Assembly (NCBI RefSeq): GCF_964188315.1
Contig: NC_135656.1
Location: forward strand, 21,266,001-21,330,000
Length of the DNA: 64,000 bases
From: Podarcis muralis
Lineage: Eukaryota
Reading direction: 5' to 3'
In this document: one piece after another, positions 11,894 through 24,258 of the stretch
How positions within the stretch are numbered: the stretch's first letter is position 1
Layout of the letters: the number at the start of each line of letters is the position of its first letter
Notes under the pieces: model-generated
Database searches by the model: none
What the model saw: only the letters and a program-made list of their open reading frames with translations
Told to the model about the DNA's origin: nothing
Made by a program: the position numbers and the translations under genes

Positions 11894-13925
11894 TTTTTTT
11901 TAAATAAATTTTTATTGATTTTCCAACACAAATTAAAAACAAAACAATACACAATACATAAACAAACAAACATATAAACATGTATAATTTCAAAACCTCT
12001 TTTTCATAAACCTTACTTCCCGGACTTCCCCATGCCTCCCCTTTTCTGCATCCTTGTTTTAATATTTCTTCAGCAACCCTTCAGTTAACTAATTACTCAT
12101 TTCCTTTTTTACCTTCTTCTCTTACTTAATCGATTACAGCTGTAATTCTATATTTTCCATTCCCTTGACATTTTAGCACTCATTAATTTTGCAACAGTTC
12201 TTAAGATATATTTTAAATTTCTTCCAATCTTCCTCCACCGTCTCTTTTCCTTGGTCACGGATTCTGCCAGTCATCTCCGCCAGTCCCATATAGTCAATCA
12301 CCTTCGTCTGCCATTCTTCCAGCGTGGGTAGTTCTTGTGTCTTCCAATACTTTGCTAAGAGAATCCTTGCTGCTGTGGTAGCATACATAAAAAACGTCCT
12401 ATCCTTCCTTGACACCAATTGGCCGACCATGCCCAGGAGAAAAGCCTCTGGTTTCTTATGAAAGGTACATTTAAGGACCTTCTTAATTTCATTATAGATC
12501 ATTTCCCAAAAGGCCTTAATCCTCGGGCACGTCCACCAAAGGTAATAGAAGGTGCCTTCAGTCTCATTACATTTCCAGCATTTATTATTGGGCAGATGAT
12601 AAATTTTTGCAAGCTTGGCTGGGGTCATGTACCACCTATAAATCATTTTCATAATATTTTCTCTTAAGGCATTACATGCCGTAAACTTTATACCGGTGGT
12701 CCATAACTGTTCCCAGTCAGCAAACATAATTTCATGACCAATGTCTTGTGCACACTTAATCATGGCTGATTTGACTATTTCATCTTGTGTATTCCACATC
12801 AACAGCAGGTTATACATTCTTGACAAATTCTTAGTATTGGGTTCTAACAATTCTGTTTCTAATTTTGACCTCTCCATCTGGAAGCCAATTTTCCTGTCTT
12901 GTTTGAACACCTCCATTATTTGATGATAATGAAGCCAATCTCGTACTTTAAACTTCAATTTCTCATAACTCTGTAGTTTAACTTTTTCACCATCTTGCTC
13001 TAAAATTTCACAATATTTTGGCCATTTAGATTCCATATTAAGTTTTTTCACCTCCTTGGCTTCCATTGGTGACAACCACCTAGGGGTTTTGTTTTCCAAC
13101 AAATCTTTATAACGAGTCCAAACATTATATAGTGCTTTCCTAACAATATGGTTTTTGAACCCTTTATGAGTTTTTACCTTGTCATACCATATATATGCAT
13201 GCCAACCAAATCTATTGTCAAACCCTTCCAGATCCAAAATGTCTGTGTTCTCAAAAAGTAGCCAGTCTTTCAACCAGCAGAAAGCTGCCGATTCATAATA
13301 CAGTCTTAAGTCCGGCAGGGCAAACCCCCCCTCTCTCTTTTGCATCAGTTAATATCTTAAATTTTATTCTGGGCTTTTTGCCCTGCCAGACAAATTTGGA
13401 TATATCTTTCTGCCACTTCCTGAAACAGTCCATTTTGTCCACAATCTGTAATGTCTGAAACAAAAATAACATTCTAGGCAATACATTCATCTTGATAACA
13501 GCAATTCGGCCTAACAAGGAAAGTCTCAAACTTGACCATATTTCTAGATCTTTTTTTACCTCTGTCCAACATTTATCATAGTTATCTTTAAATAAGTTCA
13601 CATTCTTAGATGTCAAGTTAATCCCCAAGTATTTCACTTTCTTTGCCACAGTTAATCCCGAGGTTTCACTCTGAAACCTCTCTTTTTCAACATTTGTTAG
13701 ATTTTTCTCCAGTACTTTAGTTTTTTGCTTGTTCAACTTAAATCCTGCTACTTGACCAAATACTTGAATTAATTCTAAAACTCTTTTCGTTCTAGTGTCT
13801 GGCTGTTGCAATGTCAATACTAAGTCATCTGCAAAAGCCCTCAGTTTATATTGTTTGGCTCCAACCTGAACTCCTTTGACCAGCTGGTCCCCTCTAATCA
13901 TATTTAACAAAACCTCCAAGACAGA
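11894..13925 (-). mobile_element. 5'-truncated L1 LINE (~2 kb of ORF2 and 3' UTR)
   Basis: RT motif LRAFADDL, C-terminal CWKC...LWWTC, one frameshift near 13330, A-rich tail, 7-bp TSD TATTCTA at 11887-11893 and 13926-13932. Confidence 0.85.
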
Positions 13926-14025
13926 TATTCTAAGCACCCCGAAGACAATTACGAGCATCCTGCAATGCCAGACCCTCCAAGTGTCCCTGTTTTCAAGAGA
14001 TGTCCCTAATTTAGAGAAGCCATCC

Positions 14026-14407
14026 TTGTTGTTGTTTAGTCGTTTAGTCGTGTCCGACTCTTCGTGACCCCATGGACCAGAGCACACCAGGCACTCCTGT
14101 CTTCCACTGCCTCCCGCAGCTTGGTCAAACTCATGCTGGTAGCTTCGAGAACACTGTCCAACCATCTCCTCCTCTGTCGTCCCCTTCTCCTTGTGCCCTC
14201 CATCTTTCCCAACATCAGGGTCTTTTCCAGGGAGTCTTCTCTTCTCATGAGGTGGCCAAAGGATTGGAGCCTCAGCTTCAGGATCTGTCCTTCCAGTGAG
14301 CACTCAGGGCTGATTTCCTTAAGAATGGATAGGTTTGATCTTCTTGCAGTCCATGGGACTCTCAAGAGTCTCCTCCAGCACCATAATTCAAAAGCATCAA
14401 TTCTTCG
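14026..14407 (-). mobile_element. BovB (RTE) 3' fragment inserted in a MITE
   Basis: LKLRLQSFGHLMRREDSLEKTLMLGKMEG...VHGVTKSRTRLND plus (CAA)n tail. It splits a CAGACCCTCCAA-ended MITE spanning about 13970-14450. Confidence 0.85.
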
Positions 14408-14849
14408 GCTTTTCTTTGGATGTCCCTATTTTCATCAAGAAATGTCAGAGGGTATGGGGTTATCTGACCCCCAAGCCGTCTGAAGGCAATCCTGTATAGG
14501 GAAGTTTTCTTAATGTTTAGTGTTTTATTATGTTTCATATATAAAATACCTTGGAAGCCGCCCAGAGTGACTGGGGCAACCCAGTAAGATGTGTAGGGTA
14601 TAAATAGTAAAATTATCATTATGGAATGGGACGTCGCTGTTTTCATTGGAGAAATGTTGGAGGGTATGGAGTTATCCAACCCGCCGGCTCCCCAGCCGTC
14701 TGAAGGCAATCCTGCGCAGTGACTTTTTTAAAAAAAAAGTTTAGTGTTTTATTATTTTTCTTATATATCTTGGAAGCCGCCCAAAGTGGCTGGGGCAACC
14801 CAGTCAGATGTGTGGCGCATAAATCGTAAAAATTATCATTAGGGTATGC

Positions 14850-15310
14850 AATTCTGTTGTGCCCTGCGTCCTGGCGCTGCGTCTGGCGCCACTCCCAGAG
14901 CCACTCATCTCGCCAGATCGATCCCTACTGGGGGCGGGGAGCCTCCCCACAGCCCCTCCTTAGTGTTAGCAGAGGGCACTTCGTGGGAGCCAAGCATTAG
15001 CTTTAGTAAGAGGCTGGCTGGGACGTGCTCCTTACGGCTCCCTAGTTAAAACCCCGCAGAAAGATTATAGTGTTTCGCGTAAGCTGCAATGCGGGGAGAG
15101 CGCCGCTTCCCACCCCGAACCCCTCTTCTGCGCCTAGGCGAGCCCTAGAGGGCGCTGTTGTCGAGCCAGCTGTGTCTATGGCGGGCGGCCAACGTGGCGG
15201 ACCTCGTCGCGGATCTCTGAATTGGAAAAGAAACCGTGAGCTTCCTCCTGCTGCAAAGGGAGAATAATATCATGGGAACCTTGCAAAGAGGGTAGGCGAC
15301 GCTTTCAGAA
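14850..15310. promoter_or_regulatory. Orphan CpG-rich island with a CTCF-like motif at 15142-15157
   Basis: Local CpG enrichment with no gene recognised. GCCCTAGAGGGCGCTG fits the CTCF core consensus. Confidence 0.5.
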
Positions 15311-16490
15311 AAGCAGCCATCTGCCCCACACTCTGTGGCCAAAAGGGGCAGGCTCTCCAACATTTCTCCAATGAAAATAGGGACGTCCCATTTCATAATG
15401 ATGATTTTGCTTTTATATATATATAGAGAGAGAGGGAGAGAGAGTATGAGATTTCTTAATTTACAAAAATACATGCATTGTCTCTTTTTTCAAGTTGCGT
15501 TTTTTTACAGATCAGTTTCATTTGTTGTGAGATACAATGTTAGGTTAGGAAGAAGAAAGGGGGAGGGGGTAATTTTACTATTTATACCCCAAACATCTTA
15601 CTGGATTGCACCAACCACTCCGAGTGGCTTCCAACATATATAAAAAAAATAAGAAAATATCAAACATTTTTTAAAAAAACCTCCCCTATACAGGATTGCC
15701 TTCAGATGACTCCAGGGTTGGATAACTCCATACCCTCCAACATTTCTCCAATGAGACATCTTAAAGAAAAGTGGGACATTTTGGGATCAAATATCAGAAA
15801 CCAGGATGGCTTCTGTAAATTTGGGACTGTCCCTGGAAAATAGGACATGTGGAGGGTCTGCTATTGTTGTGGTTTTCCAAACAGCTTATGGAGAAATCTA
15901 ATGGTCTTGACTTTCCCATTCAGCTTACTTCCTGGGCAATTATCCCCTTATGTATGCATTGAGTTGAACAACACGTGCATCTAACACCAGGTCCTCAGCA
16001 CCGCTTATGGTCCAAAATTGCCTCCCCTCTGGTTGGATCCTAGGGCAGAGTCATTTAGGGTAGAAATTTTACTTCTGTGCATGCCTGGAACACACATCTT
16101 CCCAGTCTCATTCCCTCCCAACATTTGTCCGACAAAAATAGGAATGTCCTATTCAATGATGATGATGGGCAGGCTGGGTCAATCTCTTATATACCTTGAG
16201 TCTGTACTCTGAATAGTGACACCAGGGACCCAGAAGGTGCAGGGCTTGTCAGTCCAGCCCTGCACAGTCTCATCAGGGCTGACCTTAAGGCAATTGGAGC
16301 AATTTGGCCAAATTGGGCCCTGTGTGCCGCTCCTAAGGGGGCCCCTGCACCAGGGCATTCTAGATGGATTTTATTTATAGTTATAAGATTTTGCAGACTT
16401 TGGCTGTGAACTGGAGCCCAACCAAAAAATAATTCAAGCAGTGCCCCACTGCTTCAAATTGGGCCCCACTGGCTAGCCCTGAGTCTAATA

Positions 16491-16730
16491 CAGTGGTACC
16501 TCGGATTAAGTACTTAATTCGTTCCGGAGGTCCGTTCTTAACCTGAAACTGTTCTTAACCTGAAGCACCACTTTAGCTAATGGGGCTTCCTGCTGCCGCC
16601 GCGCCGCCGGAGCATGATTTCTGTTCTCATCCTGCAGCAAAGTTCTTAACCTGAAACTATTTCTGGGTTAGCAGAGTCTGTAACCTGAAGCGTATGTAAC
16701 CTGAAGCGTATGTAACCTGAGGTACCACCG
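16491..16730. mobile_element. pogo/Tigger-like MITE, family A
   Basis: Same TIRs and interior as other family A copies. Confidence 0.8.
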
Positions 16731-16744
16731 TAGTTGCTGGGCCT

Positions 16745-16962
16745 GAGTTGCCCTGCCCTTGCATGAAGTCTTGGGTTTACAATTTTGGGAGAGGGGAGAC
16801 TGCAGCACTGGGGAGAGGGCAGGCTGGTGAGGCCCCCTAGACTTAGAGGCCCAAGTTCCCCTGCCCTCGCATGAAGTCTTGGGTTTGCAGTTTTGGGAGA
16901 GGGTGGTGACTGCCCGTTGGAGAGCGGGAGGGCTGGCGAGGCCCCCTAGATTTAGAGGCCCT
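16745..16962. repeat. Tandem duplication, 2 x ~108 bp
   Basis: CCCTGCCCT(T/C)GCATGAAGTCTTGGGTTT... recurs at 16751 and 16859. Confidence 0.8.
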
Positions 16963-16967
16963 AGGCT

Positions 16968-17115
16968 TTAGAGATGGTTGGATAGTGTTCTCGAAGCTAC
17001 CAGCATGAGTTTGACCAAACTGCGGGAGGCAGTGGAAGACAGAAGTGCCTGGTGTGCTCTGGTCCATGGGGTCATGAAGAGTCGGACACGACTGAACGAC
17101 TAAACAACAACAACA
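16968..17115 (+). mobile_element. BovB 3' end fragment
   Basis: GATGGTTGGATAGTGTTCTCGAAGCTACC...GAGTCGGACACGACTGAACGACTAAACAACAACAAC. Confidence 0.8.
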
Positions 17116-17218
17116 AGGCTTTAGCCTACTTAGCTATACATAAATCTGGCACTGGTCGTGGGGGCACTATGGAGAGTCCCTTGCCTGGAGCCAACACCGT
17201 GCTGTATAAATTGTGGGA

Positions 17219-17931
17219 TGTAACATAAGCAGTCAAGTACAACACTTCCTGTTTGCCCTGTTAACGGAGAAATCTGAGGGCTCCCTTGGAGAAAAAAAAC
17301 AAGGACACCAGCCAGGAATACCAGAACAAAACAGCAGCCAGTAGGCTTGGTCTTTATTGAAGACTGTCGTGACAGGACTCCCACCTGCCACCAGGTGAAA
17401 CAAAATGGAAGCCCAGAACAAAAGAAGACCCCAACTTTTATTAGTTACTAATCCCCCAAGCTACACCCCTAGAACTACATCACAACTACATCATGACTAC
17501 ATCATTGACACATCACAAAAAGGAGGGGTTGAGGGAGGAGTTGTGGTGGTAACCTGAGTATCTTGGCACCTGGCTGGTTCCTCCTTTCCCCCTCCCCATG
17601 AGTACATTCCAGAGGACAAAGGGGAGTTGGCAGTTTCCTGCCCCCCCAGAGGGAAGATCTGATCATTGTCCTTTGTTCCAGTCTGTGTTGAATCCACTCC
17701 CATATGCAAGTCCTTTGTGACTATGATGGTCTTCTGTCTGGGACCATCAAGGTTGTCATCCCAACTGGGTAGGGCTCCTGAGTACGTGTTGGTACGCTTA
17801 AGGGATTATGGCCATCCTGTATCAAACCATCCCTCTTTGTTAGTCCTTCCTTCATGGAGCAAAATAAATGTGGACCGGTGTAAATCCGATGTACGGTTGA
17901 TTTACTATGAATTTATAACAGAAACGTCACA
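17219..17931 (-). mobile_element. Possible solo LTR
   Basis: TG...CA ends and a minus-strand AATAAA about 135 nt from the inferred 3' end. No TSD found. Confidence 0.3.
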
Positions 17932-18278
17932 TATGTCATGTGTGAGTGTGTTTGTCGTGTTTGTACAAACTGAATGATTTGCGGGGGGGGGGGGGGTGTT
18001 TCCTGCAACAGCCCAGAGTGGACACGCGGGGGTGGGAGTGTTACTCTAGCCAGGATCTTCCTGCCTCTGCGTGTGACCAGGTAGGTGGGTGTGACACTGG
18101 GAGACCCCATAAGAGGGGCTGGTCATGCAGCAATCTCTCTCCTTTGACTCTTCTTTTCTTGATGCCATTCTCTCTTTATACTGATGTACCTATTTTGCTG
18201 TCTGCTGACTCTCAGCCACCAGGACATGGGCTCATTCCCATATGGGATGAATTCAAACCCTCTTCTGTAACTCTAAGC

Positions 18279-18414
18279 CAGGCCTGGCCAAACTTGGCCC
18301 TCCAGCTGTTTTGGGACTACAACTCCCATCATCCCTAGCTAACAGGACCAGTGGTCAGGGATGATGGGAATTGTAGTCCCAAAGCCGCTGGAGGGCCAGG
18401 TTTGGCCATGCCTG
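18279..18414. mobile_element. hAT MITE (~136 bp, palindromic)
   Basis: CAGGC...GCCTG ends with 8-bp TSD CTCTAAGC at 18271-18278 and 18415-18422. Confidence 0.85.
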
Positions 18415-18822
18415 CTCTAAGCTAAAGCCTGCCTTCAGGGATCTGAATGTGAACTGAACGTGAATAAACTTCTAATTACTTTTAAAAGAAGCTTCTTGTG
18501 TCTTTATTCTTTCTTAAGTAGGGATAAAAGGGGACATACCAGGAACACAAAGCCAGATTCAATTATTAAGTAAAGAGATTCAAATGAATCTACCAACTAG
18601 CTTCCTGCTATTTATTGGGGAATGCACTCTGCTGCTGACTCACAAGCGCAAGTTAGGAAGGATATTATTAAATAAATATATCCTCTCCTAGTATCTACAA
18701 TGTTCCCACATAAATAGAACTCTGCTTTTATGTAAGCTACTTTGTAAAGGATGACCGTTGGAAAAAGCATTGTGATGGATGAAATGGCCTTGACTGCCAC
18801 CTCCTGGACATAGGTTTTTTAA

Positions 18823-19200
18823 AAAGGTAAAGGACCCCTGGACGGTTAAGTCCAGTCAAAGGCGACTATGGGGTGCAGCGCTCATTTCGCTTCTCAGGCC
18901 GAGGGAGCCAGCGTTTGTCCACAGACAGCTTTCTGGGTCATGTGGCCAGCATGATTAAACCGCTTCTGGCGCAACAGGACACCATGACGAAAACCAGAGC
19001 GTACGGAAACACTGTTTACCTTCCTGCTGCAGCGATACGTATTTCTCTACTCACGCTGGTGTGCTTTCAAACTGCTAGGTTGGCAGGAGCTAGGACAGAG
19101 CGACAGGAGCTCACCCCGTCACTGGGATTAGAACTGCTAAACTTCTGATCGGCAAGCCCGAGAGGATCAGTGGTTTTAGACCACAGCGCCACCCGCATCC
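18823..19200 (-). mobile_element. Sauria SINE
   Basis: Reverse complement of the consensus seen at 3459-3815. Confidence 0.85.
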
Positions 19201-19327
19201 TGGACCTAGTGCTGCATAACACTCTGTAAGTGGGGAATCAATATTCTAGGTGGGGCTTGGGCTCTCCATGTCATACCCCTATGGGGGGCAGCAGGTAAAA
19301 ATGCCAGGGATGATTCAAACCTTTATA

Positions 19328-19577
19328 GAGTCATACCTCATGTTACGTTTGCTTCAGGTTAAGCGTTTTCAGGTTGTGTCCTGCGGCGACCCAGAAGTGC
19401 CAGAAAGGGTTACTTCTGGGTTTCGCCGCTCGCGCATGTGCAGGCACTCAAAATGACTTCATGCACATTCGCAGAAGCGGTGAATCGTGACCTGCGCACG
19501 CACAGGCGGGTTGCGTTCTTTTCATGTTGCGAACAGGCCTCCGGAACAGATCCCATTCGCAACCAGAGGTACCACTG
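19328..19577. mobile_element. pogo/Tigger-like MITE, family B
   Basis: (G)AGTCATACCTC...GAGGTACCACTG-TA. Confidence 0.65.
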
Positions 19578-20344
19578 TACCTGTAAGAATTCCTGAGCTA
19601 GTCTTTGTTCAAGCTACACCATTGATCAAGACAACTGTGTGGAGACCCGGTGTGTCACCTTGGAAGGCTTCTTTTCTGGAGCATGGGTTCAAGATCCACA
19701 ATAGAGGCTGGTGCAATTCATCACAACCATGGGCTGCTATCCAGTCCTACAAATGCATGTGAGAGTGAGCGATGCAACCTGAAGCGGCCTTCAGTGGTTC
19801 TCAAAGGACTAGGAGGCACTAAGGTAGGAAATTGAAGGAATCTGGGGACACAGATCATGTTTTCCTTGCTCCTTCCCATGCTGTTTTGCTAAAGGCAAAT
19901 GGATTCTTTGCTCTGATGCAAAGGTAGACCACCAGTGGAGGAGGAAGGCTGAATTTTATTGGGCAAAATGACTTCACACACAAGTGTACAGAACACTTCC
20001 AAGGATCAAACAACAATTCTTCCTTTGCACAAGGACACAATACAATACTACCCAGCCCTCCGTTGCAAGAGAATAGAGAGGCAAACAACAAACAAACCTT
20101 AACACAGAATACTAACCAACCAACCAACAAGCCCTCAGTGCCGGATTACCAAACGGGCAGAGTAAGAACCCATACTTTTTAGGGTTCCCGCGACAATGGG
20201 TCAAAATAAATATTGATTTGTTTTGTGTAATAACATTGGTTTATTAAAATTGTTGGCTGGTAAAATCCGAAACATATTAGGAGATAATTTGTGAGGGGTG
20301 TCCTGAGATTTTGATTACCTATGGGCCTCCACACGGTTTACAAC

Positions 20345-21365
20345 TGGTGGCTGGGAGTGGCCGCCGGGACCATATAACACTGGTCCTGAAAGAACTACAT
20401 TGGCTCCCAGTATGGGGACGCGGGTGGCGCTGTGGGTTAAAGCCTCAGCGCCTAGGACTTGCCGATCGAAAGGTCGGCGGTTCGAATCCCCACGGCGGGG
20501 TGCGCTCCTGTCGCTCGATCCCAGCGCCTGCCAACCTAGCAGTTCGAAAGCACCCCCGGGTGCAAGTAGATAAATAGGGACCACTTACTAGCGGGAAGGT
20601 AAACGGCGTTCCGTGTGCTGCGCTGGCTCGCCAGATGCAGCTTGTCACGCTGGCCCGTGACCCGGAAGTGTCTGCGGACAGCGCTGGCCCCCGGCCTATA
20701 GAGTGAGATGGGCGCACAACCCTAGAGTCTGTCAAGACTGGCCCGTATGGGCAGGGGTACCTTTACATTTACCTTTACCTTATGTTTCCAAGCAAAAGTC
20801 AAAGTGTTGGTGCTGAACTTTAACGCCCTTAACGGCCTCGGCCCAGTATACCTGAAGGAGTGTCTCCATCGTTCAGCCCAGACACTGAGATCCAGCTCCA
20901 AGGGCCTTCTGTTGGTTCCCTCCCTGCGAGAAGTGAAATTTAAGGGAACAAGGCAGAGGGCCTTCTCGGTAGCAGCACCCACCCTGTGGAACGCCCTGCC
21001 ATCAGATGCCAAGGAGATAAATAACTACACAACTTTTAGAAGGCATCTGAAGGCAGCCCTGTATTGGGAGGTTTTTAACGCTTGATGTTTTTACAGTGGT
21101 ACCTCGGGTTACAAACGCTTCAGGTTACAGACTCCGCTAACCCGGAAGTAGTACCTCGGGATAAGAACTTTACCTCAGGATGAGAACAGAAATTGCGCGG
21201 TGGCAGCAGCAGGAGGCCCCATTAGCTAAAGTGGTACCTCAGGTTAAGATCACTTTCAGGTTAAGAACGGACCTCCGGAACGAATTACGTAAGTTCTTAA
21301 CCAGAGGTACCACTGTATTATGTTTTTAGATATGCTGCAAGCCACCCAGAGCGGCTGGGGAAACC
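20345..21365 (+). mobile_element. L2 fragment carrying a nested Sauria SINE (~20414-20780) and a family A MITE (21094-21315)
   Basis: The L2 consensus resumes across both insertions (GGCTCCCAGTAT | GTTTCCAAGC). Confidence 0.75.
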
Positions 21366-22314
21366 AGGGTTGCGGCTAAATGACTCTGCTACTTCCAACC
21401 GGGCTTGATGGCTTGGGGGTCTCATGATCCAGGCCAGCAAAGCCGTCAACCCACAGCTGGGCCATCTCCAAGAATAGGAGTGGTCCTGCAAGCACTTAAA
21501 TCAGTGTTAAATGAATGGTTAAATGTGCAAGGCCACCTGCACCTCCTTGAATGGTGCACGCTGGAGATCTCTGTGGGGGGCGCCTGGTTCCTGTGCCCCC
21601 CAGATTGTGCCCCCAGGCCACACACACCCCGCCACGCTACTTCACTGGTGCCAGGAGAGGATGGCAAGTGTGGCAGGAAGATGCAAGGGCAAAGAAACGC
21701 TTACCTTAAAACACTTATTTTGTGGTTTTATATTTTGATTTTGTTCTGTGAACCGCCCTGAGACCTCCAGGTATGGGGCAGTATATAAATTCAATTAATA
21801 ATAACAATAACAATAAACAACATTTCAGCGTAGTATAGGATAGGGTAGTATTTTTTTTTAGTTGTGTTATAAATCAAACACGGCTAGTTTTTTCCTTCAA
21901 GGGAGCAGAAAATACATACTTTTTATGTATGCAACAACAACTGTGCAGATGCTTTACTCCCAGAGGTAGAACTGAAGGAAGATAAAAGTTCCAACCAGAG
22001 AAGAATGAATATACAAGATGATGGACTATGCTCAAATGGCAAAACTGACTGGGAGATTTAGAAACCAGGAAGACAAGGAATTTAATAAAGAATTGGGGGG
22101 GGGGATTCTAGATTACCTACAAGAACACTGTAAACATTTTAAAACGTTAGCAGGATCGATAGAACACTTGCAATGTAATAATTATAAGGTTGAAATAAGA
22201 TAGAAACGAAATTTGGATGTCATAAGATGCAGTAGGAAAAGGTTTGCAATGGAAACCATGAGGGGATGGAGGGAGGTCCAAGGATTTGGGGAATCCTATA
22301 TATCTATCTATGGA

Positions 22315-22610
22315 TGTGGGTGGCGCTGTGGGTTAAACCACAGAGCCTAGCACTTGCCGATCAGAAGGTTGATGGTTCAATCCCTGTGACGGGGTGAACT
22401 CAAAGCATGTCAAAGTGCAAGTAGATAAATAGGTACTGCTCCGGCGGGAAGGTAAACGGCGTTTCCGTGCTCTGGTTTGCCAGAAGCGGCTTAGTCATGC
22501 TGGCCACATGACCCGGAAGCTGTACGCCAGCTCCCTTGGCCAATAAAGTGAGATGAGCGCTGCAACCCCAGAGTCGGCCATGACTGGACCTAATGGTCCC
22601 TTTACCTTTT
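22315..22610 (+). mobile_element. Sauria SINE
   Basis: Consensus match. Confidence 0.8.
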
Positions 22611-23090
22611 ATATATATGTATGTGTGTGTATACACATACATATATATGTATGTATGTGTGTGTATAAAATTGATTACATTTGAATGGAAATGGTATTTG
22701 TAAAAACGGGTGGGGGGGTTAAAAAAATGAGTTGTTTCCTTTTCCCCACCCCCATGTTATTTCTTTAGCAATTAAAGAAAAAAAATCTTTTTTTTTTTAT
22801 TCTGAAAGTGCGGCGCACAGGGGGGGAAATGTTTGCGAAGCGCTGCTTTGATGCGTCATGAGCCTCTTCCCACCCATCTTTGTGTGTGTGGCTTTCGCTT
22901 CTATCGCACCAGCAGGGCTTTCCCGCTGGAATGTGCAGCGCCGGCATTTCCGAAGCAGGAATCGCGGAGAACTGTCGCTCGCCAGCAGTTCCCAACCCGG
23001 CTGATTCCTCCTTCGTTGTTCTTCTTGGGCTCCTCCCTCCATTACCTCATTCATCACCCCTTCCGGATCTCCATCCCCCCGTAGCTGCCC

Positions 23091-23257
23091 TATGGGCGTA
23101 GCCAGGATTTTTGTTGGGGGGGGGGAGGACAGGTCCTTTGTTGGGGGGGGGAGCCTTTTGCTAGGAGAAGGCAGAACCTCAGCTGGGTGGTTTTACTGAT
23201 TTTTATTATGGGGGGGGGGCAGATGCACCTCCCGACCCCCCCTTGGCTACGCCCATG
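23091..23257. mobile_element. Small hAT-like MITE
   Basis: 13-bp inverted ends ATGGGCGTAGCCA/TGGCTACGCCCAT. Flanks AGCTGCCC and CGCTGCCC match at 7/8. Confidence 0.6.
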
Positions 23258-23749
23258 CGCTGCCCCCCACCCCACTTCCCGCAGCGCATCACCACCAATG
23301 GGGAGCAGCAGGAAATAGATACCGGCGGGAAGAGCAAGGGCGCTAAGCGCATTTTGCGCAGGGGCGGGTCGCTTTTTGTCCAACATATTTAATTGCCTGC
23401 CGGAAGAATAACGGTCTGTTAAGCCCCACGAATATCCCTCTGGTTAGGTTGGAACTGAGTTTCCAAATAAACAGGCTTCCGCTCTTTGAACAGCTATATG
23501 GGGGGGGGGACTTAAAGTAGGGCTGTCACACGTCCGGATCGCCCCGGACATTACGGAGGGGGGTAATTGACCCGGGGGTGGGGATCTCTAAAAAGCGGCT
23601 CTTTGTCCTGGATCTTCGGCAAATCGCGGGGTTTTTTTAGTGCTTTGGTAAGAAAAAGTTCGACGGTTTTGGGGGCGTCCTGGTTTTTACTTTTTGGAAA
23701 TATGGCAAACCTACTTGAATGAAACATTTGGAGGTGGCGGTGGGGGGGA

Positions 23750-23997
23750 CAGGCTAAGCCCCGCCCCACATCCTCCATCACGTGGCACGGTGCACGCACA
23801 CCATTTGAATGGCAATGTCCATCAACCATAGGAGCCAACTCCTAGGGGTCTTCGGACGCCCTTCGATAAAATATTTTAAGGGGTTTAAGCCCCCCACCCC
23901 AGTTTATATGGCCCCCCACCAGTTTATAGACATTGCCATTCAAATAGTGTGCGTGCACCGTGCCACGTGATCGAGGATGCGGGGTGGGGCTTACCTG
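23750..23997. repeat. Inverted repeat, ~70-bp arms with ~110-bp spacer
   Basis: 23750-23819 is the near-perfect reverse complement of 23929-23997. Confidence 0.85.
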
Positions 23998-24258
23998 CCC
24001 CCCCCCAGTATTTTATTCAAGTTGGCACCCCTGCCATCAGTTTGGGGGGGCCCAGATATTTTCTTGGAGGGCCAATTTTGGGGGGGGCACAGAACCTTAG
24101 TTAAGTATTTTTATTGATCTGTGGTGGCAGCTGCTCTCCCCTTGGCTACGCCCTTGGCTCCTATGAATTCCTCTGTGAAAAACGGGGTCCTTGTCCTCCC
24201 CCCCCCCCCCTCCATTCATGGCGGTAGCCGCTTCTCCCCTCCTCATTCGCTGGCCCGC

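Noticed and set aside
13293-14303. 336-aa ORF as a single gene
   Set aside because: Chance in-frame fusion of an off-frame BovB fragment, a MITE and L1 ORF2.
16491-17115. Regularly recurring repeats as a CRISPR-like array
   Set aside because: Eukaryotic TE internal repeats and tandem duplications with no repeat-spacer architecture or cas genes.
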